DNA from: Amoebophrya sp. A120
Taxonomy: Eukaryota > Protista > Dinoflagellata
Reading direction: 5' to 3'
NCBI GenBank assembly: GCA_905178155.1
Contig: CAJINV010000001.1
Location: 8,504,394 to 8,568,393, forward strand
Length of the DNA stretch: 64,000 bases
Below the pieces are notes generated by a model, which was given only the letters and a program-made list of their open reading frames with translations, was not told where the DNA came from and ran no database searches. Positions 47,701 to 58,977 of the stretch are shown piece after piece. The position numbers and the translations under genes were made by a program. Positions within the stretch are counted from its first letter, which is position 1. The number at the start of each line of letters is the position of its first letter.

Positions 47701-48960
47701 TTCCTCGTGGTCGGAGGAGACCAAGGGAGAACCGCAGCACGAGCATCAAATGATCCGTGGGAAGATACAAGAGTAGCAGTGGCAGATGACAGAGCGGTAG
47801 CCGAACTTGCACCACTCGAGGATTTTTTGCCCAGAGCTGCATCTTCCTCCGGTCAGCAACAACATGGCGGTTTCAACATTTTTGATGTAGTACTTCGGCC
47901 AAGTTTGGTTATCTCTACTTCGACGTCGACCCCATTAGAGCAGCAGGCCCTGTTGATGTCCTCTCCGTCCTCCCTCTCGGGCGTGTCGAGTACCGGGCGC
48001 AGCTCTTCCTCTCTTCCCTCATTGGTCACGTCCCCGTCTGGCGTGCAAGATCGGAATGGCGTTTCGGGCGCGGCAGTGCCGCTGAGGCGGTCAGGCATTT
48101 TGTCTATGGGACGAGCGGGCACAAGAACTACTCGCCCAGCTTCGAGTTCATCGTCGGCACGAAGAAGCAGTGCGGACGTCGCGGCTAACGCTGGTAGTTT
48201 TCCACTAGACGAAGACCAGCGCGCTGGGGCACAAGACGACTCTACTAGGGGGCGTTCACGTCGTCCTGCTTGGGAGTTCGAGCTTGGGGATCATGAAGTA
48301 GAGAGTGAGGCTGCTGGTTCAGTGGTGGTCGACGAACGCGGGTGCAAGAAATCTCGCAAGAAAAAAGCAAGTGCGAGGAGCAGTCAAACGGACTCTCCCA
48401 AGGCCATTGACCGCGTTTTCGAGCAGCATAGCACCGCCATGATTTTCTACGACAAGGATTTGGCACACGGGTTCCGGGGGCGTGTATCGGATTTGGACCT
48501 AGATCGAGGCTTCTTTCGCGTCATTTTGTCTCAGAAGGAAGCGAGTTTTACTTTGCAGCAAGCATGTTTAACGTCGAAAGCCCGAGCAAGTCAACAATCT
48601 AAGAATCAACGCAACGACACGAAAGTTGAGAATGCGGGTAATGCACACAATCCAAATTATCCTGTTGACGAAGACGATGACGATCAGCACCATTCCATCT
48701 GCGGCAGTGTTGAATTATGCAGCCACCATAAGTTGAAAACGGTCCCAGGAACAAAGAGTGACGGCGACGGCACCTTCGGGACTTCGGCGGGGACCAACAA
48801 CAAGAGCACGGGCACTATTTCAATGCACTGGGAGATCGATTTTCACTTGCACGAGCATGCAGTTTACGTGGTCCGCCATACCACGGTGGCCAGCTCCGAG
48901 CTCGAACGGATCGTAGCTGAGCAGCCGGGTGGGGAAGACACGACCGAGTTTTTGGCATAG
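44792..48960 (+). CDS. Large hypothetical protein (exons 44792-46116, 47187-48960; further exons to ~50041 possible)
   Basis: ORFs 44720 and 47191 join in frame after excising 46117-47181 (FTVFL|SVPAPAG). No recognised domain. Confidence 0.6.
46117..47181. mobile_element. Introner family D carrying a nested insert, 1065 bp, TSD TTTCT
   Basis: TIR tattgtgaggaataatcccccctccccata / tatggggaggggggatttttcctttcgata. TTTCT at 46112-46116 and 47182-47186. Without the insert it is 314 bp, close to the 311-bp and 325-bp family D copies. Confidence 0.92.
46385..47118 (-). mobile_element. Non-coding retroposon-like insert, 734 bp, with 17-bp TSD and terminal direct repeat
   Basis: TSD cctcagatacagcatca (46368-46384) / cctcaaatacagcatca (47119-47135). 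The 25-mer cctcccctaagtgtgatcatttccg occurs three times at 46386-46460 and once at 47087-47111. The strand is inferred from the tandem tail. Confidence 0.75.
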
Positions 48961-50753
48961 GTTAAGGTTTTGAACAAGAAGATCACCTTCTTGGTGGTGT
49001 GTAGATCAGAACAAGCTACTCCAGCAGCAGCGTTCCGCTCTTCATCTTGAAGCCGAGTCCTAAAAATTCTCAAGAATACAGCTGCGCAAAATTTATTTTT
49101 TGGAATTCTGACCGCTTTAGAAAGGGATCTGCGAAACCACGACGTTTCATCTTCAGCACCCGAAGTTGTGGAGTTTCTGCTCATGAGCTGGGAAAGTATT
49201 GAGAGTACACAATTCGACGGAAGTACTTACACCCTCACGTCGGCGCAAGGCTGCGCCTGGAGTGTTCTACTGCGGTCGAGCTTTTGCTGTCGACGGGAAA
49301 GAAGAAGAAGAAGTCACAAGATGATCAACATACAGCTCCGCTGGCCTTTGCCTTTGGCCTTTTCGACTTTATGTTTTGGTTACGTATAATCTTGTCGGCT
49401 TCGTGCCGTGCATTTCTGCGCATATGGATTTGAAAAATACACTGCTTAGCGAAATTTTTCGATCAGCGAGTAAATGTAGTCCAGAGTTTGTGGAGTGGAG
49501 AGGCAAAGAAGCCTTTTGTGTAGCTTGTGTTTTCGTTTTGATGTTTTTTGCAGTACCCTGACAAGTTGAAAAAGATGGACCAGCGGCAACCTTTAGGCGC
49601 CGAGGTTCGGATCACCACCGCCGACAAGGAGATACATGAGGGAGAGCTTTTTTGGTACATCTATGGATTTTCGTGCTAGAAAGGTAGTTGGAGTTATTTC
49701 ACTGCAGATCGATGACTGTAATGCTGATTTCTGTAAAAAATCTATCATCTCCAAACACCAGGTACGACATAAAAGCTGGCGGGATGCTTTTGCAGAAAAA
49801 GATTCCTGGCACCAACACGGCGCACTTCACTTGGATTTCCGATGAATTTGTGACGAACGCCAAAGCGCTCAAGCGACCTCCAGAGAGTCCGCCCTCCCCA
49901 CTGCCCGCGCTAGATTTTGACGCTCTTCGCGAGCGCCTCGAAGGAACGCTGGAATGGAATCGCGCTTCCTGTGTAGTCTCGCCCACAGCAGCGGCTGCCG
50001 CTCAGCGTGGGCCAGGAACCACTTCTTCTTCCAACAAGTAAGAGTAGCCTACTGTGTCGCTATCGGCAAAGACGATGTGGGGAAAAACTCCGCTTCAGCA
50101 GGAGCTGCCTCCGTCTCAGGACCTGCTTGTTTTCCTGTGATTCGCAAAGATATTTTCTTCTGAGTACGCAGCCCCAATTGACGATTGTATATTTCATTCT
50201 TGTGCCAGAAAGAACAGAAAGACTAAGACAAATATGACGATTCATGTCGCTGGGTAATCTTCTCCCTTCTAGGATGCTGATTCATGCGAGTTCAGCTCTG
50301 AGTTTCAGATTTTTGCTTGTCCATAGTGACCGGATTAAGTTTGGCATTGCTAGCTCCTGTAGGTTTTTGTCACGCATGGAACAGAGACGCACGCCATGCG
50401 CATCGGAAGGCCACACTTTTCAACGTGGACGTACTTATGATCTCGCCGAATCTTGTTGTTCGAAGAATTTTTTTTTCACGCCCCTGCAGCTGCAGGCAGC
50501 TGCGGAAGATCGCGATCCTATATCTATCATGAGACAGTCACAGTGGGGATAGCACTGGCGCTTTTATTGATCAATATCGTATTTATTGCAGAGTACTTCA
50601 TAGTTTTGCTGTAACACACAATTGTCCACCAAGTGCTTGAGTAACTTTCCACACGAGCAGACGAGTTTTACTTGTCAACAGCACCACGTTCTCTTTATCT
50701 ATTGAGAAAAGGCGCTGCCACTGGCGCTTTGGAAGTATTATTTCGACGAGCAA

Positions 50754-51866
50754 ATGATGCTGAAGCAGTTCGAGGGCCGTTGGGAGGCCGTCGAGGAGTT
50801 GGAGGGGGATCCTTTGACATCCGCGTGGCATCAGTTTTGGGCCGACTGCGACCCCGATGAAGTCTGTGCGAAAATCACCAGCTCGTTTGAGTTTTCGATT
50901 GTAGAGGAAACCTCGACCACCACGACCGCAGCTGTGCCTGTTGAGACTAAAAATACAACTACTGGGGCGGAAAAATCGCAGCATGCAACTACGTGTCAGA
51001 CCGTGCGGTTGCATTGCGATGAAGATAATGGTCAAGGGTCGACATTGGCCTCTTTCGCAGAGGTAGGAACGCACCCCGGGCTCGTTGACGGGCGGCGGGA
51101 AGCTGATGTGACGTTGACAGCCAGTACAGCCTCTACTTCCGTCTCCGCCGATCATCCGCCGCGATCGACACTGTTGGAGGAAGAGGATGATCATGCGAGT
51201 AGAGCCAGCGAGGCTGGCGGCAAAAGCGAACTCCTCGCGGCTGAGCTTCAACCCAAACAGGACGGAGCTCGCAGGAACGTGGATCCTGTCCTCGGCCAAA
51301 CCCAAACTGCACTGTCCGAAGACGACGAGAGCAGCGAGGACGAAAACGCGGGCGAGTGGGCGCTGCTGGACATGGCGCTGGGTCACGGAAAGAACATGGC
51401 CACCACGGTTCCACCGGCGGTTGCCCAGTTAGTGCGCTTGCTGTGCAACACGTTGAAACCGGCAGAAAGAAATCCTGAGGCGGATGCGCTGTTGCGGACT
51501 GCGTGCGTTAAAAGTGAAATCAGTGTCACGACGCCTGAAGATCATTTGCAGGTAGGGCAAGGTAGCTCTGGTGTTGGGAACACGGGGCCAGGAAAGAGCC
51601 AAGTACCGCCGACGCAGATGAAAACGTTGCTGGGGGAGTGCAGCAAACAGCTTTGGTACCATGTTTTCTTCGCCACAGACGGGTGTTTGGTCCGCCTGCA
51701 GCCTCTTACCCGAGACGGAGTGCGCGGATTCTGGGTGCGGAAATTCCAGGTTCTGCCGGAAAATGGCAATCACATGGCGGTCCAGGAGTATGTGCTCAGT
51801 ACGCGGGGAGAACCGTCGTGGTTCTTCGGAAAGGAGCGACAGGTCACGTACAAGCGAATCGGGTGA
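50754..51866 (+). CDS. Hypothetical protein, 370 aa
   Basis: Long ORF with coding-like composition. FEGRWEAV and a beta-rich C-terminus loosely suggest a calycin-like fold, unverified. Confidence 0.55.
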   Translation: MMLKQFEGRWEAVEELEGDPLTSAWHQFWADCDPDEVCAKITSSFEFSIVEETSTTTTAAVPVETKNTTTGAEKSQHATTCQTVRLHCDEDNGQGSTLASFAEVGTHPGLVDGRREADVTLTASTASTSVSADHPPRSTLLEEEDDHASRASEAGGKSELLAAELQPKQDGARRNVDPVLGQTQTALSEDDESSEDENAGEWALLDMALGHGKNMATTVPPAVAQLVRLLCNTLKPAERNPEADALLRTACVKSEISVTTPEDHLQVGQGSSGVGNTGPGKSQVPPTQMKTLLGECSKQLWYHVFFATDGCLVRLQPLTRDGVRGFWVRKFQVLPENGNHMAVQEYVLSTRGEPSWFFGKERQVTYKRIG

Positions 51867-52330
51867 GAGGGGGCTGAAAACCAGATGTGTTGCGCTTGCG
51901 GTCTCTTCTTTTTCATGTTTGCACTCATGATAAGAACTGGCGCTCCTGGTCCTGGCATCTTTATCGCAAGAGCCTCGAAAAGATAAAGATCTACTTTGAG
52001 AAAAGAAGTACATAAGTGTGAAGAAACGGAGCAGTCTACGCAAAAGTATCGCGGCTTGTTCGTGTTCACGGGAAAAGATGAGTATGTCGCTTCGTATTTG
52101 TCGTTCTTGTCGATTCGCCATCGTGAAAGAGTCATTTTGTATCCACACCTATGCCAGTGTGTGTCGCATTTTACATCTTGCTGGGCTCGTAGTGCGACTG
52201 TCGTTTTTCGATGTCGGTCGTTTCATTGTTCAGCAAAAAAATGAAAAGCTTATTTCTTACCACACAGCGAAACTACTTCAAGCCTGTGTTGCACCGCGCC
52301 AGGTATTCTAGAAGGGAAAACAGCAAGATC

Positions 52331-52867
52331 ATGTTACGAATGGACCAGTTGCTCGGCATAGCAGATCACTTTCCGTTTTCTGGTTTTCTGCACCCGCTTA
52401 CGCCAGCGGCGCAACGCGCAGCAGCAGCCCAGGCAAGCGTGCCGCCCCTTTCCGGCCACAGCGATTGTGATCAGCCAGTCCCTGCCGGTTTAGCGCGCTG
52501 GCGATGGCACGGACGAACCGCTCACCACACGTCCTCCTTCTACATCACTCCGGCGGAATTGCGCGAGGCACTGGATAGCCTTGACGAGAAACTGGACGAG
52601 GTGCAAAAATTGAACACTGATTGCGCGAACCTGCATACAATGCAGAGCGGGGACTTTTACGCCAAAGTGCAGAAGGTAGTGGAAAACGCTGACACGGTAG
52701 AAAAAGGTGCGGAACTACTGAAAACAACCGTCAAGGAGGCGCCCGACAACACGGCGCAAATTGGCGTCGGGCTACAGGACGCAAGTGTAGATTGCACAGG
52801 CTTCTCGGACTGCTTTAAGAAGGCGCAGGATGCCTGGAAGGCCCTTATTACAGCAGTGGAGTCGTAG
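52331..52867 (+). CDS. Hypothetical helical protein
   Basis: ORF with a coiled-coil-like C-terminal half (ELREALDSLDEKLDEVQKL). The start is uncertain. Confidence 0.45.
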   Translation: MLRMDQLLGIADHFPFSGFLHPLTPAAQRAAAAQASVPPLSGHSDCDQPVPAGLARWRWHGRTAHHTSSFYITPAELREALDSLDEKLDEVQKLNTDCANLHTMQSGDFYAKVQKVVENADTVEKGAELLKTTVKEAPDNTAQIGVGLQDASVDCTGFSDCFKKAQDAWKALITAVES

Positions 52868-53657
52868 AGCGCTGATGTTGTGTGAAACCAAGAAGAAATG
52901 GATGCACCGGCGTCCATCGTGGCGCTTCCCTAGCGCCATTGCACAGTAGAAGTTGATGAATTCATGTTGCAGAGGATTTGTTTCAAAGTGTAAGATCAAA
53001 AACTATCTGTATCTGAGAAGTACATTGCAGCCAATCAAGACAACAAACAGTTGCAAACGATCTACATTTTTCATACCATGCGGCGTGAGGTTCTCTACTT
53101 GTTCAGTGAGTAGCGATTCGATTGTCCTTGTCGACGGACGTAGTTCATGTGTATCCACTGTGTCATTGAAAGATGAAGATCCCGAACAGTATTCCACTGT
53201 CGAACTTAGAGACACAAGCAGGACTGCTGCATAACAGCTCTGGACCGGAACTTCAAAGAATTTCGCTGGTGGAATTTGTCGTGCTGCTCCTTTTTCGATT
53301 TTTCGATAATCTTCAGGCTGCGATGAGTTTTGCTGGTGCCATTTTTTTTTTTTGTTTATGAGTGGTAGTTCAAGTTCTTATAAGTAGAAAGATCCTGGTC
53401 AAAGTCGCGTTTCTGTTTTCTGCTCTTTTCTTGGATCGATCGGTTTTTCGCCCAGTAGAGTAAGTTGCTTTATACTAGCATTTTGACCCACATCTCCAGT
53501 ATTAATTTCAAATCTTCTTGTTTCACAACATGGCTAGATGATCCACGTGTAAAAAACGGCTTTCAATTACTTATTATGGCAATTTGGTAAAAAAGAAACT
53601 ACAGAAAAAAACACAGACGCGCAAGATAGAGTGGAAAAATCTGGCACAGCTATCGCT

Positions 53658-55656
53658 ATGGACCTGCTGGCAAAAGCGTTGTTGCGAGGTGGGGGGCCCG
53701 ACTTTCGCGCTATAGCGGAGCAGGTACCCGTTGACCAGCTTAACGCCCCCTGCAAGAAACTCAAGGATGAAGCACCGTTGATTTTTGCCATCCAGAATCA
53801 AGATACCGATGCGGTCCTTGCGCTGGCGCACATGCCCGAAGTGGAGCTCACGGTCACGAGCGAGGAGGGAACCCCGGCCCTCCACGTTGCCATCGAAACG
53901 GGGTCCTTTCCGCTTTGCGAGGTCCTTTGCAGAGGTAATTTTGCAGTTTTGACAATGTAGAAGCAATACTGGTGGGTTCGGACAATATTGTTATTACTCT
54001 TACGATACTCATACTTGCTGTGCGTGAGTTTGCATATCTGCGGCATGGTCGTCCATGCAGAAACCGGAATGTCAAAGATCATCTATCATGTGTAAATTAT
54101 CACAAAAATAAACAGCTTTCATGTTTCAGGGTTACATGCCTAGCGAATGGGAAACGTACATTCTCGCCGGCAAGCAAGAAGATCCGCGAATATTGCAGCT
54201 GCTTTTCGATGGACGAGACCCAAAAAACAGCACATTCGTCCACCCCTTGAACGGCCGCACGTTGCTGCACGAACTTGTGCTTGAAGGTACTGTCCTTCCA
54301 ATGTAGTACTTCCTTGCATCTAGTATGTCGATAAGAAAAGTGGTTATAGTGATCTGGTTCTGCTGGTCCGTGACGTTGATTCAGTATATGCTTCGCGAAA
54401 CCTCCAACACTCCAGGCGCGACGGGGGGCGCTATCGAAGTTTGTCTGCGCTACAACATCTGCAACGTGAATGAAGTGGATCCCGACACGGGGGACACCCC
54501 TCTGGTCGCGGCGGTCCGGCGAAAGCACAACCATCTGCTGACGACGCTGATCGAGGGAGGGGCCGATGTTTGCTTCGAGGACGAGAAAACGGGGTTCACA
54601 GCGTTGCACGTGGCGGTACTACTGGGCGCGTCCCAGAAGGTGCAAGAGTTGCTCAAGGACGCCAGCGAGATACGAAATAAACTGGGCCAAAAGCCACAGG
54701 ATCTGCGAGCACAGCGCCTGCAAGAACTGGAAATGCAGGAGAAAGCGAAGGAACAGGTAGGTCAGTTGTGGTAGAGACAAAGATCAAGTAGTAGATTACA
54801 GTCTTTGGGAATGCACTGGGGTGAGCGTCTTGTTTCTGGGCACCTGTCGTATTGCTGCTGTTTCTGCGTTCTGGAAGGTTCACTGTCACGCTGCTGTTGT
54901 ATCTGTGTAACAAACGAAATCTCAGGCAAAAATTGCGAAGAGTAAGGCGCGGCGAGACAAGCGCCACGAAGAGCAGGAAGCGACGTACGATGCTAGTGAG
55001 ATCGCCGAGTTTCTCAAGAAATACGACATCACTGACGCCAGCGTGAGTATGCGATGTGAAAAAGCAAAAGTCTGCATTTGTACTTGCGGAAGAATTTTTG
55101 CATGAGAAAACAAAAGGGCGTGAACAGGCAAAAGTAGTTCTCGTTCGATTTTCCAGATCTCAAAAGTAAGTGCAATGCGGCGACGCAAACCTTTGTCCCC
55201 TTCATAGCGTAAGAAAAGCTTTGCCGTCGATACGAGTCTGTTGACCAGCTGCTCGAGGAGGCCGTCCCGAACAAGCTACGGAAACTCCTTAACAAGGCGG
55301 AAACCGACCAGCTCATGGAGGCTCTCGACAAGGAGGATGCGGAACGACAGCAGCGGGCGCTCGAGGACGCGGCAGAGCAGAGCGGTGATCGGCAGTGGAC
55401 GGCTATGGAACTCTTGTGCTGGCGCATCCTCGTGATCGCTGCGCCTTTTGTGGTGCTGGCCACGCTATACTTCGGGATCGAGGGAGACCGCGCCGCGGTG
55501 ACGAGCAGTGGGACACGTAGTAGTACCACCGGAAGTTCAGGTTCACCTTCAACTGCAAAAAGAAAAACGGGGGCAGCCGCTTCAGCAGCAGCAGGCAGTC
55601 GCACTGGCGAAAGAGGGAGGGGTACTACAGGCGGACGATACGCGCGACGCAAATAA
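53658..55656 (+). CDS. Ankyrin-repeat protein with a C-terminal transmembrane segment, multi-exon
   Basis: GTPALHVA, GRTLLHEL, GDTPLVAA and GFTALHVA ankyrin motifs lie across exons separated by GT-AG introns (donors near 53935, 54287, 54757, 55043). TM segment ILVIAAPFVVLATLYF. Confidence 0.75.
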
Positions 55657-56354
55657 ACCGATCCTCCGAAAAATGGACCGCCTGAACTCAAAGAAATTTC
55701 GTAGGATAGAAAGATGACAAGGATTGTTGAGTAAAACCGTAGCCGTCCGAAGATGCTGGATATTTCTTTGAGTCAGGTGACCCACTTTGCAGGATCGAGG
55801 ATTTTCCTTCGACAAACTAAAGCACGGACGACGCAGTAGTTCGCACTACGACGCTGACGTCAATGCCGATGAGCTGTAAAGATGGGAACGAAATATAGTA
55901 CTGCATCGTGCTGTGAAGTGAGTAATTAATGATTAGGTACAGCGATGGATTCGAATTAAGTTGTCGCATTCTGTGGAGTAGAAACCCTGCAATCCCCGTG
56001 CAATAAGTCATATGTGAACGAAGCATAGTGCAGGTGAACCGTAACTCGGAGTTCGAGTTTATCCTTGCGGTGGAATTATATCAGCGCTGACAGTCTGCAT
56101 CGTTCATCCGCCTCGATCAATATTTCCAGTTTCATACACCAAGAGGAAAGAAGATTAGACCGAGAGTCGCCCCCGCGGCTCCTCTTCATCAAACTTACGC
56201 TTCTTGGTGTTCCAACGGAGTCTTTCTCGCGTACCACTAGCTGGTAAGTTGTGATGTACACTAGTAATTCTAATTTTAATATCTATCGAAGTCAAAGTTG
56301 TGGAAGGATCGGTCTCGTTGCCAAGCGCACTACAAGAATCAGTCTACTCCGAGA

Positions 56355-58400
56355 ATGCGGGACGAGGAAGCGGCAGAACAGCGTGCGCAGCCCGGCGGGA
56401 GCAAAGACATAGACACGCTCGACGATGCCGAATTCCGGCGCGTCGACATCGTTTTTACGGATTTGGACGGCACCTTTTTCCCGGGGGCCTACGAGGAGGT
56501 TCCGCAGGAGGAGGCACGCATGTTTCGTCGGAATCTGAAGCTCGCGGAACAGTTGGAAAAGGAATTGCACATTCCCGTCGTGCCGGCCACGGGCAATAAT
56601 TTGGGCATCGCCCAAATGAAGTTCACGTCGACCGCCGCAAAGGACAAGGGTGCTGTCCTCCGCGACTTGAAAACGACGCCGGGGATCTACTGCAACGGGG
56701 CTTTGGTGAAGGGGGTGAACGTATCGAAAGGAAAAATCCCCCCTCCCCATATCGAAAACGAAATTTGTGATGCTGTATCTGAGTTCACAAATCGACTCGT
56801 CATGCTAGAAGGCCAAGAGCCGCAGTCGTGGCCTCGTTTGCAGGCAATTTGTCATGCTGTTTCCCAATCTCAGCTGCCTCCTATCATGCTGAAGATGCAA
56901 GGCTTCCCCACGCCACCCAGCACTACAGTCCGCATCTTTTCCCGTGTAGCATGACAAAGCTGATTTGTGACAACAAATCTGCATCACAGATTTCCGTTTT
57001 GATATGGGGAGGGGGGATTCTTCCTTTTGATAGAACGGGAAAGAAATAGCGGCGGAGATCGTTCCGAAGACGTTCGTGGAGAAGCTCACACAAACTGCGG
57101 CAAGGTTCGCGGAAGCGGTGGAACCGGGCGCGTGCTTCGCCGGCCTGGGGCGGGACGTTTGCTGGTTGCTTGACGTGCAGCAGGACGCTGTGCGCGAAAC
57201 CGGGAACAAATTCCTAGACCGGATGGGGCTCCTTCTGGCAGAGGACGAAAGTAGTGCTGCAAGCAGACGCAACTCGGGTGAAGAAGGAGCTCCGAAGTTC
57301 TACGAGTGGGTGTCGGATCCAGCTTTTCTGTCCTCGCAAGACTGCGACATCTTGAGCTTTTTGATTCTTTTTTCAAACCAGGGCGACTCGGAGACGCCAG
57401 CGGCGAAGGAAGTGAGGCTGCTGCGAGCGCAAGCCTTTTTGCAAGCCGAGGGCATTCTTGATTTTGGCCAGCATGGCGCGGAAAGGTTGGGAAACGGTGT
57501 GGGAGAAGGTGTCGTTTGCAAACACGTCCATGTTTATCAGGGGTAGTATGGGAAGAGGCTGCGTTCGTTTGGGTCTGTCAAACGCGAGGAACAGGGGACC
57601 CTGGTCCTAGTTAGGATGACAAAAAGAAGCCGTGCGTAGGGAACCAGATGGTAATTTTTTTGTTGAATACCAGTACCACCATATTGAAGCAAGGAGCTGC
57701 AGCTGCTCTTCCTTATTGTATGGTAATTGCAGGCGATGCCGATAGTATTTTCGGTTCGCATTCGGAGTTGCTCGGAAAAGAGCAGGCTCAGCGGCGCACG
57801 CTTTCCTTGCTCATACCCCTCCTGGTATCGGTCCAGAGATCGATATTTCACCTGACGGCGTGAATAAGGGGAGTGCAATTAGGAAGTTTCTCGAAGCAGG
57901 GGCTGGCGAAAATACTGGTACTGCGAAAACTGTCGCGGTTTTTGGCGATGCAGGTAACGACCTAGAGCTCTTCGGAGTGAAGCGTGGACCTTCGGCCGAG
58001 CTGTTGCCCTTATTCCAGGACGGTTTCGATTATCGACCGAAAATTCGTGTCGCCATGCCGTTATCCACCCTAACGGATGTGTCAGGGTCAGAGAAACAAG
58101 TTCAAGATGAAATTTGCACTGACAGGCAGAAAAGCCGCTGCGCCGAGCTGATTGAGCATAAAGGCATATACAATACTGAAAACGAGCGCAACGAGAATGA
58201 AATTTGCAATGACTTCTTGTTTCTACAAGGTACACGAGCTGTTTTCGCAAATATATTTGATGTTGTACTGTACCTGTATCCTGACCCTTTGACATGCATA
58301 GCTCTGGGCGAATGATAGTTTGTTGGTAAAGGACGCTACTATTGTTGACACGGTAGATAAGGTTTTGAAAAGGATTGTAAGCGCGAAGTCGAATCGGTAG
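56355..58400 (+). CDS. Cof-type HAD-superfamily hydrolase, multi-exon
   Basis: Motif I FTDLDGT, then VPATG, IYCNGA, EIDISPDGVNKG and motif IV FGDAGND. The last exon reads VAMP|WANDSLLVKDA to TAG at 58398-58400. Confidence 0.82.
56722..57032. mobile_element. Introner family D, 311 bp, TSD GAACG
   Basis: TIR tatcgaaaggaaaaatcccccctccccatatc / gatatggggaggggggattcttccttttgata. GAACG at 56717-56721 and 57033-57037. Excision gives KGVN|GKEIAAE. Confidence 0.94.
58062..58300. mobile_element. Degenerate introner-like intron, 239 bp
   Basis: Starts TATCC and ends GCATA, with a residual inverted match (tgtcagggtcag / ctgaccctttgaca). The flanks GCCGT/GCTCT differ at two positions. Removal restores a HAD-like C-terminus. 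Confidence 0.5.
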
Positions 58401-58977
58401 TACTGCTACTGCCATCTGCGTGCTTTAATGGCAGGAGCAAATGCAACTCTATATCAATCAAAATTATCACATAAAGAGCTTAGGTGCTGGCTACCTGAAT
58501 ACAGGCTAAGGCTATACTGAAAGGCTTAAGTTGTTCAGTCGTGCTGATAGTCTTCTACTTTAATCTTTTGAAATGATTGCGGTTCTCTTTTTTTAGTCCT
58601 TGCCGAGGCTTTTGAGAGGGCGACGATAGTAGAGAGGGGTTTAACGTGCGAGATTTGTTGGCGCAGAGAAATGAAAGAGGTCTGAGGGACGAGCGGAGCG
58701 TCGTATGATTTTTGGCAAAAGTTGGGTTTACTTACAGTGTTTCTTTTGCAGGTGCGAAACCTTTTTGCTCCCTTCCGTGGTCCCACTTGCGAGTTCGTGG
58801 TAGGACGCGGCGACGCAAAGCTCTGACTGTTCTGCAGACACATTTGCACCCCCCCCATTGACATCTTAGCTACGGAAGAGTTAGTAGTCCGCAAAAGACA
58901 ACCCTTCACAAAAATGGCTACGACAGGGTCGAGTGCCGAACGCTAGTTCGGACAAACTGTCGTGGCGGAAGGCCACA

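Noticed and set aside
52913-52925. 13-bp inverted match (tccatcgtggcgc) to 4277-4289
   Set aside because: Too short and isolated to define an element, and plausibly chance.
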